From NCBI GenBank assembly GCA_963665295.1, contig OY762209.1, positions 2,944,001-3,008,000 on the forward strand: a stretch of 64,000 nt of DNA. The letters are read 5' to 3'. How positions within the stretch are numbered: position 1 is the stretch's first letter; each line of letters begins with the position of its first letter. The position numbers and the translations under genes were made by a program. Below the pieces are notes generated by a model. The model ran no database searches and was not told where the DNA came from. It worked only from the letters and a program-made list of their open reading frames with translations. Origin of the DNA: Syntrophorhabdaceae bacterium (GTDB lineage: Bacteria; Desulfobacterota; Syntrophorhabdia; Syntrophorhabdales; Syntrophorhabdaceae). This document shows, in pieces, positions 51,699 to 62,224 of the stretch.

Positions 51699-52544
51699 TC
51701 ATGACGACCGGCGCCGGGAGACTCTGCCGGTTTTCTTCTTGAGCGCCTTGGCGTAGGCCAGGACGGCATCCACGTAATTATCACAGTGGTTGTAGGACCA
51801 TATGGCCTTTCTCTCTTTTTCGGTATCCCCCGTCTCCCACCCGTGTTCCTTCAGGTAGTTCGCCACGCTCGCCATGGCATCGGCAAACCGGAAGAGGTCT
51901 ACGATCCCATCGTCGTTCCCGTCCGCCCCATAATTAAGGTAGGAACTGGGCACAAACTGGCAGAGACCGAATGCGCCGGCCCACGACCCCTTTACGGACA
52001 GGGGGTCGGTTTTGTTGGACCTCGTGAGAACGAGAAGGCTCACCAATTCTTTCTCCGCCCACCCGGACCGCCTGTTCTCCATGAGGGTCATGGTGAGGAG
52101 GCTGTTGAATACGGGGTAATGGCCCACGTAGTGACCAAAGTTGGTTTCGACCCGGTAAACAGAGACGAGGACCTCGGGTTCGACATTGTACCGCCCCAGG
52201 ATGGCTTTGAAAAGGGCGTTGTTTTCCTTGAGGATTTTCCGGCCCCGCTCCACGGACTTCCTGGTGAGGAGGCCGAATTTCCGGTTGAAATAGTTGAGTC
52301 CCTTGCCCTTTTTCTCCAGTATCCCGGGATAGAGCACGATACGTTCGTCGGAAAAGATGACCCGAATGTCCTCAACCGTGAACCCTTGGTCCTGAAGCAT
52401 TGTGCAGAGAGATTCTCTGCGGACGCAGATGTCCTCGCCCGTATTGTCCGCAGCGCAGGGAGGGGCGGAAAAAAGGAGGATCATCATAAAGGCGGAGAAT
52501 AACAGAGCGCCCTTTGCGAGTATCGTTACCCTGTTAGTTCCCAC
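51699..52544 (-). CDS. lytic murein transglycosylase (MltB/SLT_2 family)
   Basis: VETNFG, GSWAGAFGLCQFVPSSY, DG.DDG.VDL, SVANYL and YNH motifs. Confidence 0.9.
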   Translation of the reverse strand: MGTNRVTILAKGALLFSAFMMILLFSAPPCAADNTGEDICVRRESLCTMLQDQGFTVEDIRVIFSDERIVLYPGILEKKGKGLNYFNRKFGLLTRKSVERGRKILKENNALFKAILGRYNVEPEVLVSVYRVETNFGHYVGHYPVFNSLLTMTLMENRRSGWAEKELVSLLVLTRSNKTDPLSVKGSWAGAFGLCQFVPSSYLNYGADGNDDGIVDLFRFADAMASVANYLKEHGWETGDTEKERKAIWSYNHCDNYVDAVLAYAKALKKKTGRVSRRRSS

Positions 52545-52547
52545 CCT

Positions 52548-53618
52548 TTACCTTATACCTCGCGCGATCTTGGTGGCAAATATGCTTATGAGACCGCCCA
52601 TCATAAAATAGCCCAGAAAGACCTCCAATCCCGTGAGGAAGAGTGCCACCGGGGTACGGGGGATGATGTCACCAAATCCGAGTGTAGAAAAGGTCACCAC
52701 GCTGAAATAGAGCATCGATCCCAGTTTGAAGGGGAGGGTGGAGAGTTGGAAGCCTGGAGTTCCCAGGTGGAAGTATGTCAGACCGAAGAGAAAAATGATA
52801 AGGCATGACCAGACGCCCCAGCGGATAAAAGACCTTCCGCAGTCGGCAAGGACCCACCACGCCGTGCAAATGAGCCTTCCCTTCCGGGTTTCCATCAGTT
52901 CTTCGAGAAAATCCTGCCCCTTGAGAAAGTTTGTGAACCGCTGGCTTCCATAACAGGCGGCATGCACGCCCTTACAGCGGATCGTAGTGTTGAGGAGAAA
53001 ATCGTATCTTCGCCGCCACATTTCCGCGGGATTCATCCTCGTGCCCTTAAAGAGGCTCCAGAGAATGTTGCGGTCGAATTTGACGCCGGAGACGTTGGCC
53101 TTCTCCAGGTTGACCGCGGTAAAGTTCACGCCGGACAGGTCCGACTCCACGAGATCGGCGTTCGCGCAATCCGAGAAGGCGAGCATGACCTGCTCCATGT
53201 GCGTATGGGCCAAGTTCGCGTGACGCAGGTTTACGTCCTCCATGGAAGACCTTTTTAAAGACGCGCCCCGGAGGTCCGCTCTCCTCAGGGTGGCGAAGAG
53301 GAGCACCGCATCCTCGATATGGGCGAAGGCGAGGTTGGCTCTGTCGAGAGATGCGTGGGCCAGGTTTGCATGGCTGAGATTTGCATGAGTAAGGTTGGCT
53401 CTTCTGAGTCGGGCGGACGCGAGGTTGGTCTTCTTGAGGCTTGCCCCTGAAAGGTTGGCGCCATCAAGGACGGCATGGGAGAGATCAAACCCGTCAAGAT
53501 CGGCTTTCTGAAGGTCCGCTTCGCTGAGATCGACTGTTTTCTTCTTGTTCTTCCCTCTCCACCCGTTCCAGGCGTCCACGCCTTGCCGGAGAATGGAGAG
53601 TTGTTCTTCGTTCGGCAT
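52548..53618 (-). CDS. pentapeptide-repeat protein fused to a 2-TM potassium-channel pore
   Basis: WN.WR start, A(N/D)L repeats, C-terminal LYFSVVTFSTLGFGDIIP. Confidence 0.85.
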   Translation of the reverse strand: MPNEEQLSILRQGVDAWNGWRGKNKKKTVDLSEADLQKADLDGFDLSHAVLDGANLSGASLKKTNLASARLRRANLTHANLSHANLAHASLDRANLAFAHIEDAVLLFATLRRADLRGASLKRSSMEDVNLRHANLAHTHMEQVMLAFSDCANADLVESDLSGVNFTAVNLEKANVSGVKFDRNILWSLFKGTRMNPAEMWRRRYDFLLNTTIRCKGVHAACYGSQRFTNFLKGQDFLEELMETRKGRLICTAWWVLADCGRSFIRWGVWSCLIIFLFGLTYFHLGTPGFQLSTLPFKLGSMLYFSVVTFSTLGFGDIIPRTPVALFLTGLEVFLGYFMMGGLISIFATKIARGIR

Positions 53619-53872
53619 AATCGTCTCTCAGCCCCAATAGATTAGATTTGTACTCTAATTATGTATCCTTACTGCGGCGGAAAATCAATATGAATTTAGT
53701 GGTTCCTCCCGATACCCGTCAGGGAACATATTGAACGACTCTCCAGGGAGGATGCGGTTCCTCCCGGAACACCGTACGGCCGGTTTTCAGGTCAAAGGAG
53801 GGCAATCGGAGGGATGATCGATGGGAATGATGGAATGCGGCAGGAGGTGATACGATCAGGCCTTGCCGGTTC

Positions 53873-54235
53873 CTAAGGCTTGAGGTCCTGCCAGACACCC
53901 TTGATGGGTTTTTCATCCGTATAGTGATCGAACTGACCCACGTATCTGGAGGCGGTGAATCGCCACGGCGCCTCCACCATGGCCCTTGCGACAGGTTCTC
54001 CCAGACCCATGAGATAGGTAAGGGGTGATATAAGCAGGTATGCTGCCGTGGAAACCGCTGAACCGATCACGCAGACCGGTCTTACAAGCACTACATCGAG
54101 GATTTGCAGCCCCAGGGGTGGTTCTTGCTGCCTCGCCTGCCCACCGGACCGGGGACCCGTCTCAGCCGTGACCGGGCAGGTAAAGACGAATATTGACATG
54201 ATGATCAAGACGGAGAACAATAGCCTCTTTATCAA
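53873..54235 (-). CDS. hypothetical exported/membrane protein
   Basis: Signal peptide; D...VRP...SP....PWRFT..R.VG pattern. Confidence 0.7.
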   Translation of the reverse strand: MIKRLLFSVLIIMSIFVFTCPVTAETGPRSGGQARQQEPPLGLQILDVVLVRPVCVIGSAVSTAAYLLISPLTYLMGLGEPVARAMVEAPWRFTASRYVGQFDHYTDEKPIKGVWQDLKP

Positions 54236-54516
54236 GAACCTTCCTCCCCATTTCTCTTAATAAATCAAAGCATTGTTTTCCCGTGGGTCAATAGGTTGAA
54301 CTGCATTTTTGGAATAAATACCACAAAAGACAGTCAACTGCTCATATCAAGTCCATGATTGGAGGAAAGGCCTGGCCGGAGACGGGAAGGTTTTCTCTGT
54401 GCGCGGGCCTTACGCTATGGGAGGGCCGGGTCATTGCAACGCCTGTCGTGCAGGTGAAGGAACCAACCGGCCTCCCCTTCGGGTATGGGCATCCGCCGTT
54501 TACGCAGCCGGGACAA

Positions 54517-55848
54517 CTATCGGGTCCTTCGTCTCTCCGCGGAGGGGGACGCGGCCATTCCCGGTTTGGCCGTGGGCCGGGCTGGACCGTGGGCCGGGCG
54601 CGGCCTGGACGGCCGGGTTACGGCCGCGGGGCGTAGGCCGGTCTGTTCCGGTTTCGGCTGCCGGGGTCCTCGATGCTGAGGCTCACGCGGGGGGCGCGCA
54701 AATTCATTATTCCTTGCAGGCGCCGGTTCCCTGTAGTTGAAGTCAGGCAGCACACGGCGCTCGATCTTTTCCCCGAGCACCCGCTCGATGCTCTTGACCA
54801 GGGATTCATCCTCGCCGCTCACGAAGGTGAAGGCATCGCCGGTCTTTGCGGCGCGTCCGGTCCTGCCTATGCGGTGAGTGTAAGCGTCGGTGGTATCCGG
54901 CATGTCATAGTTGATGACGTGGGATATAGTCGAGACATCGATACCGCGGGCAGCGATGTCGGTAGCCACCAATATCTGGTACGACCCGTTGCGGAAGCCG
55001 TCGAGGGCATCCTGGCGTCTGTTCTGTGACAGGTTTCCCTGGAGTGAGGCGGCCCTGTACCCGGCTTTTTCGAGTTGCTGACCTATCCGTTTGGCCCGAT
55101 GCTTGGTGCGGGTGAAGATAAGGATCGATTCCGTGCTGGTGTGTTTCAGAAGTTCCATGAGGAGGCCGGTCTTGAGGTGCTGCTCAACAGGGTAGATGGC
55201 GTGGGACACGGTGTTCGGCGGGGCCGAGTGGCCGACTTTTACCGTGACCGGATTATGCAGGACTTCGTCCGTCAGCTTTCGGATGCTGTCGGCCATGGTG
55301 GCGGAGAACATCAGGGTCTGGCGTTTTGGCGGCAATTGTTTGATGATGCGCCGGATATCAGGAAGGAAGCCCATGTCGAACATGCGGTCCGCTTCGTCAA
55401 GGACAAGGACTTCGAGATTCGAAAGGCTGATTGTCTTCTGGTTGAGGTGATCGAGTAACCGGCCGGGACAGGCGACGACGATATCGACACCGGCGCGGAG
55501 TTTCTGGACCTGGGGGTTCACGCCTACACCGCCGTATATGGTGCAGCTTTTCAGGTGTGTGTCGCGTCCCAGTTCTCCGATCGATACATGGATCTGTTCC
55601 GCGAGTTCGCGGGTGGGGGCGATGATCAGGGTGCGGACCTTGCCGCGCGGGCCTGGAAACAGCCGGTCCAGAATGGGCAGTACAAAGGCCGCCGTTTTCC
55701 CGGTTCCGGTCTGGGCGAGGCCCATAACGTCTTTGCCCGCGAGGACCGGCGGGATGGCTTGCATCTGGATCGGAGTGGGAATTTCGTAGCCGAGTGCTTT
55801 GACACCGGCCGTTATTTTCGGATGAAGCTTGAATGAACTAAAACCCAT
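54517..55848 (-). CDS. rhlE: DEAD-box RNA helicase
   Basis: AQTGTGKT, PTRELA, DEAD, SAT, ARGID and HRIGRTGR motifs. Confidence 0.92.
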   Translation of the reverse strand: MGFSSFKLHPKITAGVKALGYEIPTPIQMQAIPPVLAGKDVMGLAQTGTGKTAAFVLPILDRLFPGPRGKVRTLIIAPTRELAEQIHVSIGELGRDTHLKSCTIYGGVGVNPQVQKLRAGVDIVVACPGRLLDHLNQKTISLSNLEVLVLDEADRMFDMGFLPDIRRIIKQLPPKRQTLMFSATMADSIRKLTDEVLHNPVTVKVGHSAPPNTVSHAIYPVEQHLKTGLLMELLKHTSTESILIFTRTKHRAKRIGQQLEKAGYRAASLQGNLSQNRRQDALDGFRNGSYQILVATDIAARGIDVSTISHVINYDMPDTTDAYTHRIGRTGRAAKTGDAFTFVSGEDESLVKSIERVLGEKIERRVLPDFNYREPAPARNNEFARPPREPQHRGPRQPKPEQTGLRPAAVTRPSRPRPAHGPARPTAKPGMAASPSAERRRTR

Positions 55849-56127
55849 GGCACCTTCTTTATTAAGAGTATTTAGTAGCTGAGCGGAATATGACCGAAGG
55901 TTATCGTGTTACGAAACGTTTTGGACGACCTGTTGAATGACCTTCTCGTGCAATCTCTGGCCATTACCTCATTACTTGTTAATAATATAAGCTTATTCAC
56001 GGGCCCCGTCAATCGATTTCCGACAATCGTCGGTCCCGGGGCCTTCATGGGCGCCAAAACCGTCGGTATCTGTTGATTTTTTTTGATTCATTTATTACAA
56101 TGCTAAAAATCTCAAAAAGGAGACGAT

Positions 56128-56460
56128 ATGGAGATAAGCGCGACTGAAAAAAACAATGCCGTCATCCTCTCGGTTAAGGGACGGATGGATGCGGTGACTT
56201 CCCCACAGTTTGATAAAGCGTTCTCTGAACTCGTTGCGAAGGGCAATCGTTCTTTTCTCCTCAACATGGATAACCTGGAGTACATAAGCAGCGCAGGTCT
56301 CCGGAGCATTCTTGCCGCCGCAAAGCAGTTGAAGGAGAAGCAGGGAACCATACTCTTCGCCGGATTGCACGGCCCGGTCGAGGAAGTGTTCAAGATATCG
56401 GGCTTCTATTCCATATTCCAGGTTTTTGAGTCTGAGGGGGATGCCCTTCAACACATATAA
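56128..56460 (+). CDS. STAS anti-sigma factor antagonist
   Basis: GRMDA, YISSAGLR and FKISGF motifs. Confidence 0.92.
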   Translation: MEISATEKNNAVILSVKGRMDAVTSPQFDKAFSELVAKGNRSFLLNMDNLEYISSAGLRSILAAAKQLKEKQGTILFAGLHGPVEEVFKISGFYSIFQVFESEGDALQHI

Positions 56461-56466
56461 CAGGCT

Positions 56467-56901
56467 ATGACGGAAGCCTCGTTACATGTAGTGATGCCGG
56501 CGAGACTGGAGAATCTCGAGGCTCTGGTGGCACATGTTGCGGAATGTGCGAGGGGAGCGGGATTTGACCCCAAGAAGATCTCGGAGGTTGAAATTGCTGC
56601 GGAAGAAGCCCTGGTAAATGTAGTCAACTATGCGTACCAGGGAGAGGCGGGTAATGTGCGTGTCGGGTGCAGTCTTGAGGAGGGTGACCGATTTGTCATA
56701 GAGATAAAGGACTCGGGAATTCCCTTCGATCCACTGTCTCAGGCTGATCCCGACATCTCTTCCGACGTGTTGCACCGCAAGATAGGCGGACTGGGGATTT
56801 TCCTCATCAGAAAACTGATGGACGATGTGAGCTATCGATACGATAAGGGGGAAAACGTCCTGACCCTCGAAATACGCAAGGGAAGAGGTCCATCAAAATA
56901 A
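56467..56901 (+). CDS. RsbW-like anti-sigma factor Ser/Thr kinase
   Basis: EEALVNVVNYAY, DSGIPFDP and GGLGIFLI motifs. Confidence 0.92.
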   Translation: MTEASLHVVMPARLENLEALVAHVAECARGAGFDPKKISEVEIAAEEALVNVVNYAYQGEAGNVRVGCSLEEGDRFVIEIKDSGIPFDPLSQADPDISSDVLHRKIGGLGIFLIRKLMDDVSYRYDKGENVLTLEIRKGRGPSK

Positions 56902-56951
56902 CGGGGCCCGGCGATGGGGCGTAATGCCGGTGCTTCCGGGAAGGCACAATC

Positions 56952-58466
56952 ATGAACACATTCAATGAAAAATCAAACCTGACCGTACCTAACGACCTCA
57001 GCTATCTTCCGGCCATTCAGGCTTACGCGAAAGAGATAGCGGGCAAACTGGGTTTCAACGAGTCTGATAAGGCCAAGATACTCCTGGCCCTTGAGGAGGC
57101 GGTGGTCAATGTCGTACAGCACGCCTTCGAAGCAGGGGAAAGAGAGTCCTATGAGATAATATTCGAGCCCGTTACCGAAGGGATAAAGGTTGTGATCAAG
57201 GACAAGGGCATACCTTTTGACCCCGGCATGGTCCCCGAATACTCGGCGCCCGTTGATGTGGGCGAGGTCCCTGCGGGCCTCGGCTCTTACCTGATGAAAA
57301 CGAGCGTTGACCGGTTCGAGTTTCATAACCTCGGGAGAGAGGGTAAGGAAATCCATCTCATCAAGTATCTGCCCTATAAGAGTATTGTCGATCTCCACGA
57401 CGCCTCAGAGTTGGAGCGCTATGAGGCGCCCACCGAAGCCAAACCCGCTCCGGCGAAAAAAGACTATGAAATAAGGCCGATGAAACTGTCCGAAGCCCTG
57501 GAGGTATCGAGACTCTTTTACAGGGCATATGGGTACTCCTATGGGATCGAGTCCATATACTATCCGGACCGGTTCACCAAGCTCCATGAGGACGGCGCCA
57601 TCACCTCCGTGGTGACGGCGGCGGACAACGAGGTTGTGGGCCATGTCGCCCTGGTAAAGGAGCACAAAGAGAGTATGATCGCCGAGGCCGCAATGGCGGT
57701 GGTGAGGCCCGATTTCAGGGGTCAGGGATGTCAGAACGAGATGATACAGACACTGCTTCAAACGGCCCGGGAGATAGGGCTCGCCGCCATTTTCAGCAAA
57801 GCCGTGACGAACCATCCCTATGCCCAGAAGGCCGGGCAGAAGGCGGGATTCAAAAGGTGCGCCCTTGTGCTTGGCCTGATACCCGCGGACCGGTCGTTCA
57901 AGGGCATACACGCGACTCTTGCGCAGCGCGAAACCGTGATATACGGCTTCCTGCCCCTTCAGAACCCGTCAGGGATCACCGTATATCCCCCTCCCCACCA
58001 CCGGGAGTTTATAGAGTTCATCTACGGCCACCTTGGCCTTGACCGGAATATCGAAGCGCCCGGTGCCGCGGTTGTGGGACAGTCCGCGCCCCAGGACGAG
58101 ACGTCCGCCATCACCACTTCCGTGATCTCCACCTATAACAGGGCGATAATAATCGTCCAACGGTATGGAAAGTATATCGTGAACGAGGTGAAAGGCATTC
58201 TGAAAGATCTTTGCCTCAAGAAGACCGACCAGATTACCTTCTACCTGCCCCTTCAGGACCCTTCCACCGGATTGCTCTGCGAGGAGTTCGAGAAACTCGG
58301 TTTCTTCATTGCGGGCATTCTGCCTTTCTATGACCTGGGAGATGTTCTCATCCTTCAATACCTCAATAATGTGTCCATCGATTACGCGAGTATCCAGGTG
58401 GCCTCCGAGGCTGCCCTGAAGATCGTCTCTTACATAAAGGAACGCGACCCGAACGTCACCACGTGA
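56952..58466 (+). CDS. RsbW-like HATPase fused to a GNAT acetyltransferase domain
   Basis: EEAVVNVVQHAF, DKGIPFDP and GLG motifs, followed by the GNAT motif VVRPDFRGQG. Confidence 0.85.
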   Translation: MNTFNEKSNLTVPNDLSYLPAIQAYAKEIAGKLGFNESDKAKILLALEEAVVNVVQHAFEAGERESYEIIFEPVTEGIKVVIKDKGIPFDPGMVPEYSAPVDVGEVPAGLGSYLMKTSVDRFEFHNLGREGKEIHLIKYLPYKSIVDLHDASELERYEAPTEAKPAPAKKDYEIRPMKLSEALEVSRLFYRAYGYSYGIESIYYPDRFTKLHEDGAITSVVTAADNEVVGHVALVKEHKESMIAEAAMAVVRPDFRGQGCQNEMIQTLLQTAREIGLAAIFSKAVTNHPYAQKAGQKAGFKRCALVLGLIPADRSFKGIHATLAQRETVIYGFLPLQNPSGITVYPPPHHREFIEFIYGHLGLDRNIEAPGAAVVGQSAPQDETSAITTSVISTYNRAIIIVQRYGKYIVNEVKGILKDLCLKKTDQITFYLPLQDPSTGLLCEEFEKLGFFIAGILPFYDLGDVLILQYLNNVSIDYASIQVASEAALKIVSYIKERDPNVTT

Positions 58467-58500
58467 CGACCAGGGGTCGAATCTATCGGAATCCGGCGCG

Positions 58501-58536
58501 ACCTCGCCCTCGATTGAGGGCGAGGTTCTCTTTTTT
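58501..58536 (+). terminator. intrinsic terminator
   Basis: ACCTCGCCCTC-GATT-GAGGGCGAGGT stem followed by a T run. Confidence 0.8.
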
Positions 58537-58542
58537 GGTTTT

Positions 58543-59973
58543 TTATATCTTCTTTTGCTGTTTCACCAGCAGGGAACAGACTAGGGCGACGGCGCAAACC
58601 AGACCGCCAAGGACATAGGCATTACGAAATCCCCCGAGGAGAAGCCCCGGAGGTACCGAGCTTAAGGATTTGGCCGCTGCTTTTCCAGGCAAGCCGGCAG
58701 AAAAGACCGTCTCGAAGAGGGCTACGCCGATCACCATGCCGAGGTTCATGACAGTGTTGAAAACCCCGGACGCGCTGCCCTGTTTCCCCGCCACTGCGAA
58801 CATCATGACCTGCTTGTTGTTGGGGGAGAAGAAAAGGACGTATGAAAATCCCAGCCAGATAAGGAAGAGGAAGGCGGGCCAGAGGCCGCCGCATCCGAGA
58901 GTGAAAGCGAAGGTAAGGGAACAGAGCGCTCCGGACGACATGGCGATGCAACAGAGGGTCCTTGGGGAGACTCTGTCGGCCAGCCTGCCTGCGGAGGACG
59001 AGAAGAACACGTAGATGAGGGAGTACGTGAGGAGGACCATGCCGGTCTGCTTGGTGTCCAACCCCTTTACGAACTCAAGGTAAAAGGGGAGGAGGAAGGC
59101 GTTGCCGGTGATCAGTATATAGGCCATGAAGGTCGCTATTATGGTAAGGGTAAACCGGAGGTTGGTGAAAAATTTGAGGTCGAGGAGGGGGTCCTTGCAG
59201 GTTTTTTCCCGCCGGATAAAGAGCCCGAGCAGCACCGCCGCGACCAGGAACGTGAGACCCACCCTGGGCGATATCCAACCAAGTTCCTCCCCTGTATTCA
59301 AGGCGAAGAGAAGGATGAGAAGGCCCAGGAAACTGAGCGTCGCTCCGGGTATGTCGAAGCTTTTCTTTCCGTTTTCGCCCGTCACTTCCCGGGGTCCGTC
59401 CTCCGGGATCATCTTCGCGGCCACGATTATGGCGGCGATACCTACCGGAACATTTATGTAGAATATCCAGTGCCAGGAGAGGTATGCGGTTATGATGCCC
59501 CCAAGAGGCGCTCCCGTGGCTACTCCCAGGGCCGAACTTGTGGACGTGATGCCGAAAGCCCATCCCGTGATATCCTGGGGGAGAAACTTGGAGATGATCG
59601 CGTAACCCGAGGCGAGGAGCATGGCGCTTCCTATCGCCTGGAGGCACCGGAAGCCTACGAGGACGTGGATGTTGCCCGATATGCCGCACAGCATGGACCC
59701 GAAGACGAAAAGGGCATATCCGGATATGAAAACCCTCTTTAAGCCGATCTTGTCCGCAAGCCTGCCGAAGAGAAGGAGGGTGCTCGTAATGATCAGGAGG
59801 TACACCACTACCACCCGTGATACTTCGTTCGTTCCTATACCGAAATTTTCCGCGATGGTGGGGAGGGAAATGTTGATGATATAGTTGTTGAGTCTCGACA
59901 TAAAGGAACAGAAGGCCACACTTATTACTATCCAGAGTTGAGTTGATTTATCGGTGACGAGACGGTCTTCCAT
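58543..59973 (-). CDS. MFS transporter, DHA2/EmrB-like 14-TM family
   Basis: GRLADKIGLK motif A, W.WIFYINVPVG and D..G motifs. Confidence 0.9.
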   Translation of the reverse strand: MEDRLVTDKSTQLWIVISVAFCSFMSRLNNYIINISLPTIAENFGIGTNEVSRVVVVYLLIITSTLLLFGRLADKIGLKRVFISGYALFVFGSMLCGISGNIHVLVGFRCLQAIGSAMLLASGYAIISKFLPQDITGWAFGITSTSSALGVATGAPLGGIITAYLSWHWIFYINVPVGIAAIIVAAKMIPEDGPREVTGENGKKSFDIPGATLSFLGLLILLFALNTGEELGWISPRVGLTFLVAAVLLGLFIRREKTCKDPLLDLKFFTNLRFTLTIIATFMAYILITGNAFLLPFYLEFVKGLDTKQTGMVLLTYSLIYVFFSSSAGRLADRVSPRTLCCIAMSSGALCSLTFAFTLGCGGLWPAFLFLIWLGFSYVLFFSPNNKQVMMFAVAGKQGSASGVFNTVMNLGMVIGVALFETVFSAGLPGKAAAKSLSSVPPGLLLGGFRNAYVLGGLVCAVALVCSLLVKQQKKI

Positions 59974-60086
59974 ATCTTTCCGTGTGGTATAGGTTGTAGA
60001 ATATCAGCCATGCTTTTTCAAGCCTTTTTTCCGGCTTGCCCTTTTGGGCCCTTTATAATACGGGCACTATTTGTTATGATTCCCCT

Positions 60087-60983
60087 ATGAAGCGGATAGG
60101 GGTGGACCTTGGAGGCACCAAGATAGAGGTGGTCGCCTTGGGGGAGGGCGGAGAAGAGCTTGTACGCCGGCGCGTGCCGACGCCCGCAGGCGACTACGGG
60201 GCGATCCTCCAGGCGGTGGCCGACCTCGTACGGACGGCCGAAGAGGAGCTCGGAGAGAAAGGGACCATAGGAATAGGCACGCCGGGGGCCATATCGAGGA
60301 GTACGGGTTTTCTCAAGAACTCCAATTCCACCTGCCTTAACGGCCGCCCGTTTCAGGCCGACCTTACGGCTCTTCTCGGGCGGCCGGTGCGCATAAGCAA
60401 TGACGCGAACTGCTTTGCCCTCTCGGAGGCCACCTACGGCTCTGCCCGCGGAGCTGAAACGGTTTTCGGCGTGATCGTGGGAACAGGAACAGGGGGAGGC
60501 GTCGTAATCAGGGGTCACGTGCTGACCGGAGTAAACGGCATTGCCGGAGAATGGGGCCACAATCCCCTGCCGTGGCCGAGGGATGGCGAGACCCCCGGAC
60601 CTTTGTGTTACTGCGGCAAGGGGGGATGTATAGAAACGTTCCTCTCCGGACCGGGAATGTCGAAAGACCACCTGCGGACATTCGGGGAGAGACTCGAACC
60701 TCCGGTCATAGCCGCCCGTGCAGGGAAGGGGGATGTCCGTTGCGAGGAGACCCTCAGGCGCTACGAAGACCGGATGGCCCGTTCCCTTGCGGGGGTCATC
60801 AACATACTTGACCCCGATGTGATTGTTCTTGGGGGAGGTATGTCCAAGATTGCCCGCTTGTACGAAAACGTTCCCCTCCTCTGGACTCAATATGTGTTCT
60901 CCGACAGGGTCGATACATTGCTCGTTGCGCCGGAACATGGAGATTCGAGCGGCGTGAGGGGGGCGGCGCTGCTCTGGGAATGA
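60087..60983 (+). CDS. mak: ROK-family sugar kinase (fructokinase Mak-like)
   Basis: DLGGTKIE, NDANCFALSE, GTGTGGG, GEWGH and CYCGKGGCIE motifs. Confidence 0.85.
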   Translation: MKRIGVDLGGTKIEVVALGEGGEELVRRRVPTPAGDYGAILQAVADLVRTAEEELGEKGTIGIGTPGAISRSTGFLKNSNSTCLNGRPFQADLTALLGRPVRISNDANCFALSEATYGSARGAETVFGVIVGTGTGGGVVIRGHVLTGVNGIAGEWGHNPLPWPRDGETPGPLCYCGKGGCIETFLSGPGMSKDHLRTFGERLEPPVIAARAGKGDVRCEETLRRYEDRMARSLAGVINILDPDVIVLGGGMSKIARLYENVPLLWTQYVFSDRVDTLLVAPEHGDSSGVRGAALLWE

Positions 60984-61093
60984 GTGATGTTTTACCACCC
61001 CGTCATACCATTCTTGCGGGTAAGGTTGTATAATATACGGATTGCAGCGATCTTATGAGGATAAAAGGAGCGAGCGTGGAATCTGAGGGCAAG

Positions 61094-61675
61094 ATGAAGA
61101 TAATCGTTGATATTGACAATACTCTCTGGTACTTTGCGCCGGTACTCTATGAGTACCTGTTGAAGGTGAACCCCCGTATCCTGCCTACGGACCAGTGGGG
61201 CGCATGGAAGTTCTGGGAAAGGGATATGGACACAAAGGTGTTTTACGAGGTGCTGAAGAAGGTCCATATGGACCAGGAGCAGTTTGTCCCTTACGGAGAT
61301 GCGAAGCAGTTTTTGATTTCCCTGAAGGAAAGAGGATTCCGTATCCTCATCGCAAGTCACCGCGAAAAGGAAACCTACGATCCGACCTTGAGGTGGCTTG
61401 AGAAGAACGAACTGACCTTTGACGAACTTCATGTTTTGAATGACAAATCCATATTGTTCAAAGACGCCTTCGGGGTGGTGGACGACAGCCCCGTAACACT
61501 CGAAAAGGCGAAAAAGGCGGGGATCGTCACGACGGGCCTCTCATTCCCCTGGAATGAGGGCCTTGGTTATACCCTGTTCGGGAGTCTCACGGAGGTGCTT
61601 GCCTATATAGACTCCATACTCGAACAATCCTGTGGCGGAACACGCGGAGACGTACCCTGCACAAGCCGGTCGTAA
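61094..61675 (+). CDS. HAD-family phosphatase (5'(3')-nucleotidase-like)
   Basis: DIDNT motif I; T..WL, K, VDDSP and PWN motifs. Confidence 0.8.
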   Translation: MKIIVDIDNTLWYFAPVLYEYLLKVNPRILPTDQWGAWKFWERDMDTKVFYEVLKKVHMDQEQFVPYGDAKQFLISLKERGFRILIASHREKETYDPTLRWLEKNELTFDELHVLNDKSILFKDAFGVVDDSPVTLEKAKKAGIVTTGLSFPWNEGLGYTLFGSLTEVLAYIDSILEQSCGGTRGDVPCTSRS

Positions 61676-61726
61676 GCGAACCCCTGTGGATCTGATGGGA
61701 AAATCACCTCGAAGGATGGGAGATAA

Positions 61727-62224
61727 ATGGCGGATATAAGCACCGGAGGCGGCAGTCCTGCGGCCGGGAGCGGCATGGGGCCCGCGTACCGGCGTAAGCA
61801 GACGGGCTCTTTAATGACGGTCATCGTCATGGCGGGGCTTGCATGCATCTTCATTCTCATGAAACAAAAGGGCATCCAGAGGATACTGGTCTTTTACCTT
61901 ATCGTCCTCGGGTTTGCGGCCCTCATCTTTTCCAGCATGATGATCGTGGTGGAAGGCAGCCTCCTGACGATCAAGTTCGGACTCGGGATAGTATGGAAAA
62001 GGATCAACCTTCTCGAAGTCGAGTCGTGCAGGATCGTGAAGAACCCGTGGTACTACGGATGGGGGATCCGTCGTATCCCCGGGGGCTGGTATTTCGGCGT
62101 CTCCGGTCTTTCGGCCGTCGAGCTGACAATGAGATCGGGCAAACGGTTCCGGGTCGGCACCGACGTCCCCGAAGAACTGGAAGCGGTGATCCTGGCGAAG
62201 GGGAGTGACATCAGACAAGAGTGA
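61727..62224 (+). CDS. hypothetical membrane protein
   Basis: Two TMs; YGWGIR...VSG..AVEL...G..FRVGTD.PEEL pattern. Confidence 0.7.
   Translation: MADISTGGGSPAAGSGMGPAYRRKQTGSLMTVIVMAGLACIFILMKQKGIQRILVFYLIVLGFAALIFSSMMIVVEGSLLTIKFGLGIVWKRINLLEVESCRIVKNPWYYGWGIRRIPGGWYFGVSGLSAVELTMRSGKRFRVGTDVPEELEAVILAKGSDIRQE

Noticed and set aside
54517..55848. DEAD-box helicase as a Cas3 substitute
   Set aside because: It is a typical RhlE-like RNA helicase, far from the cas genes.
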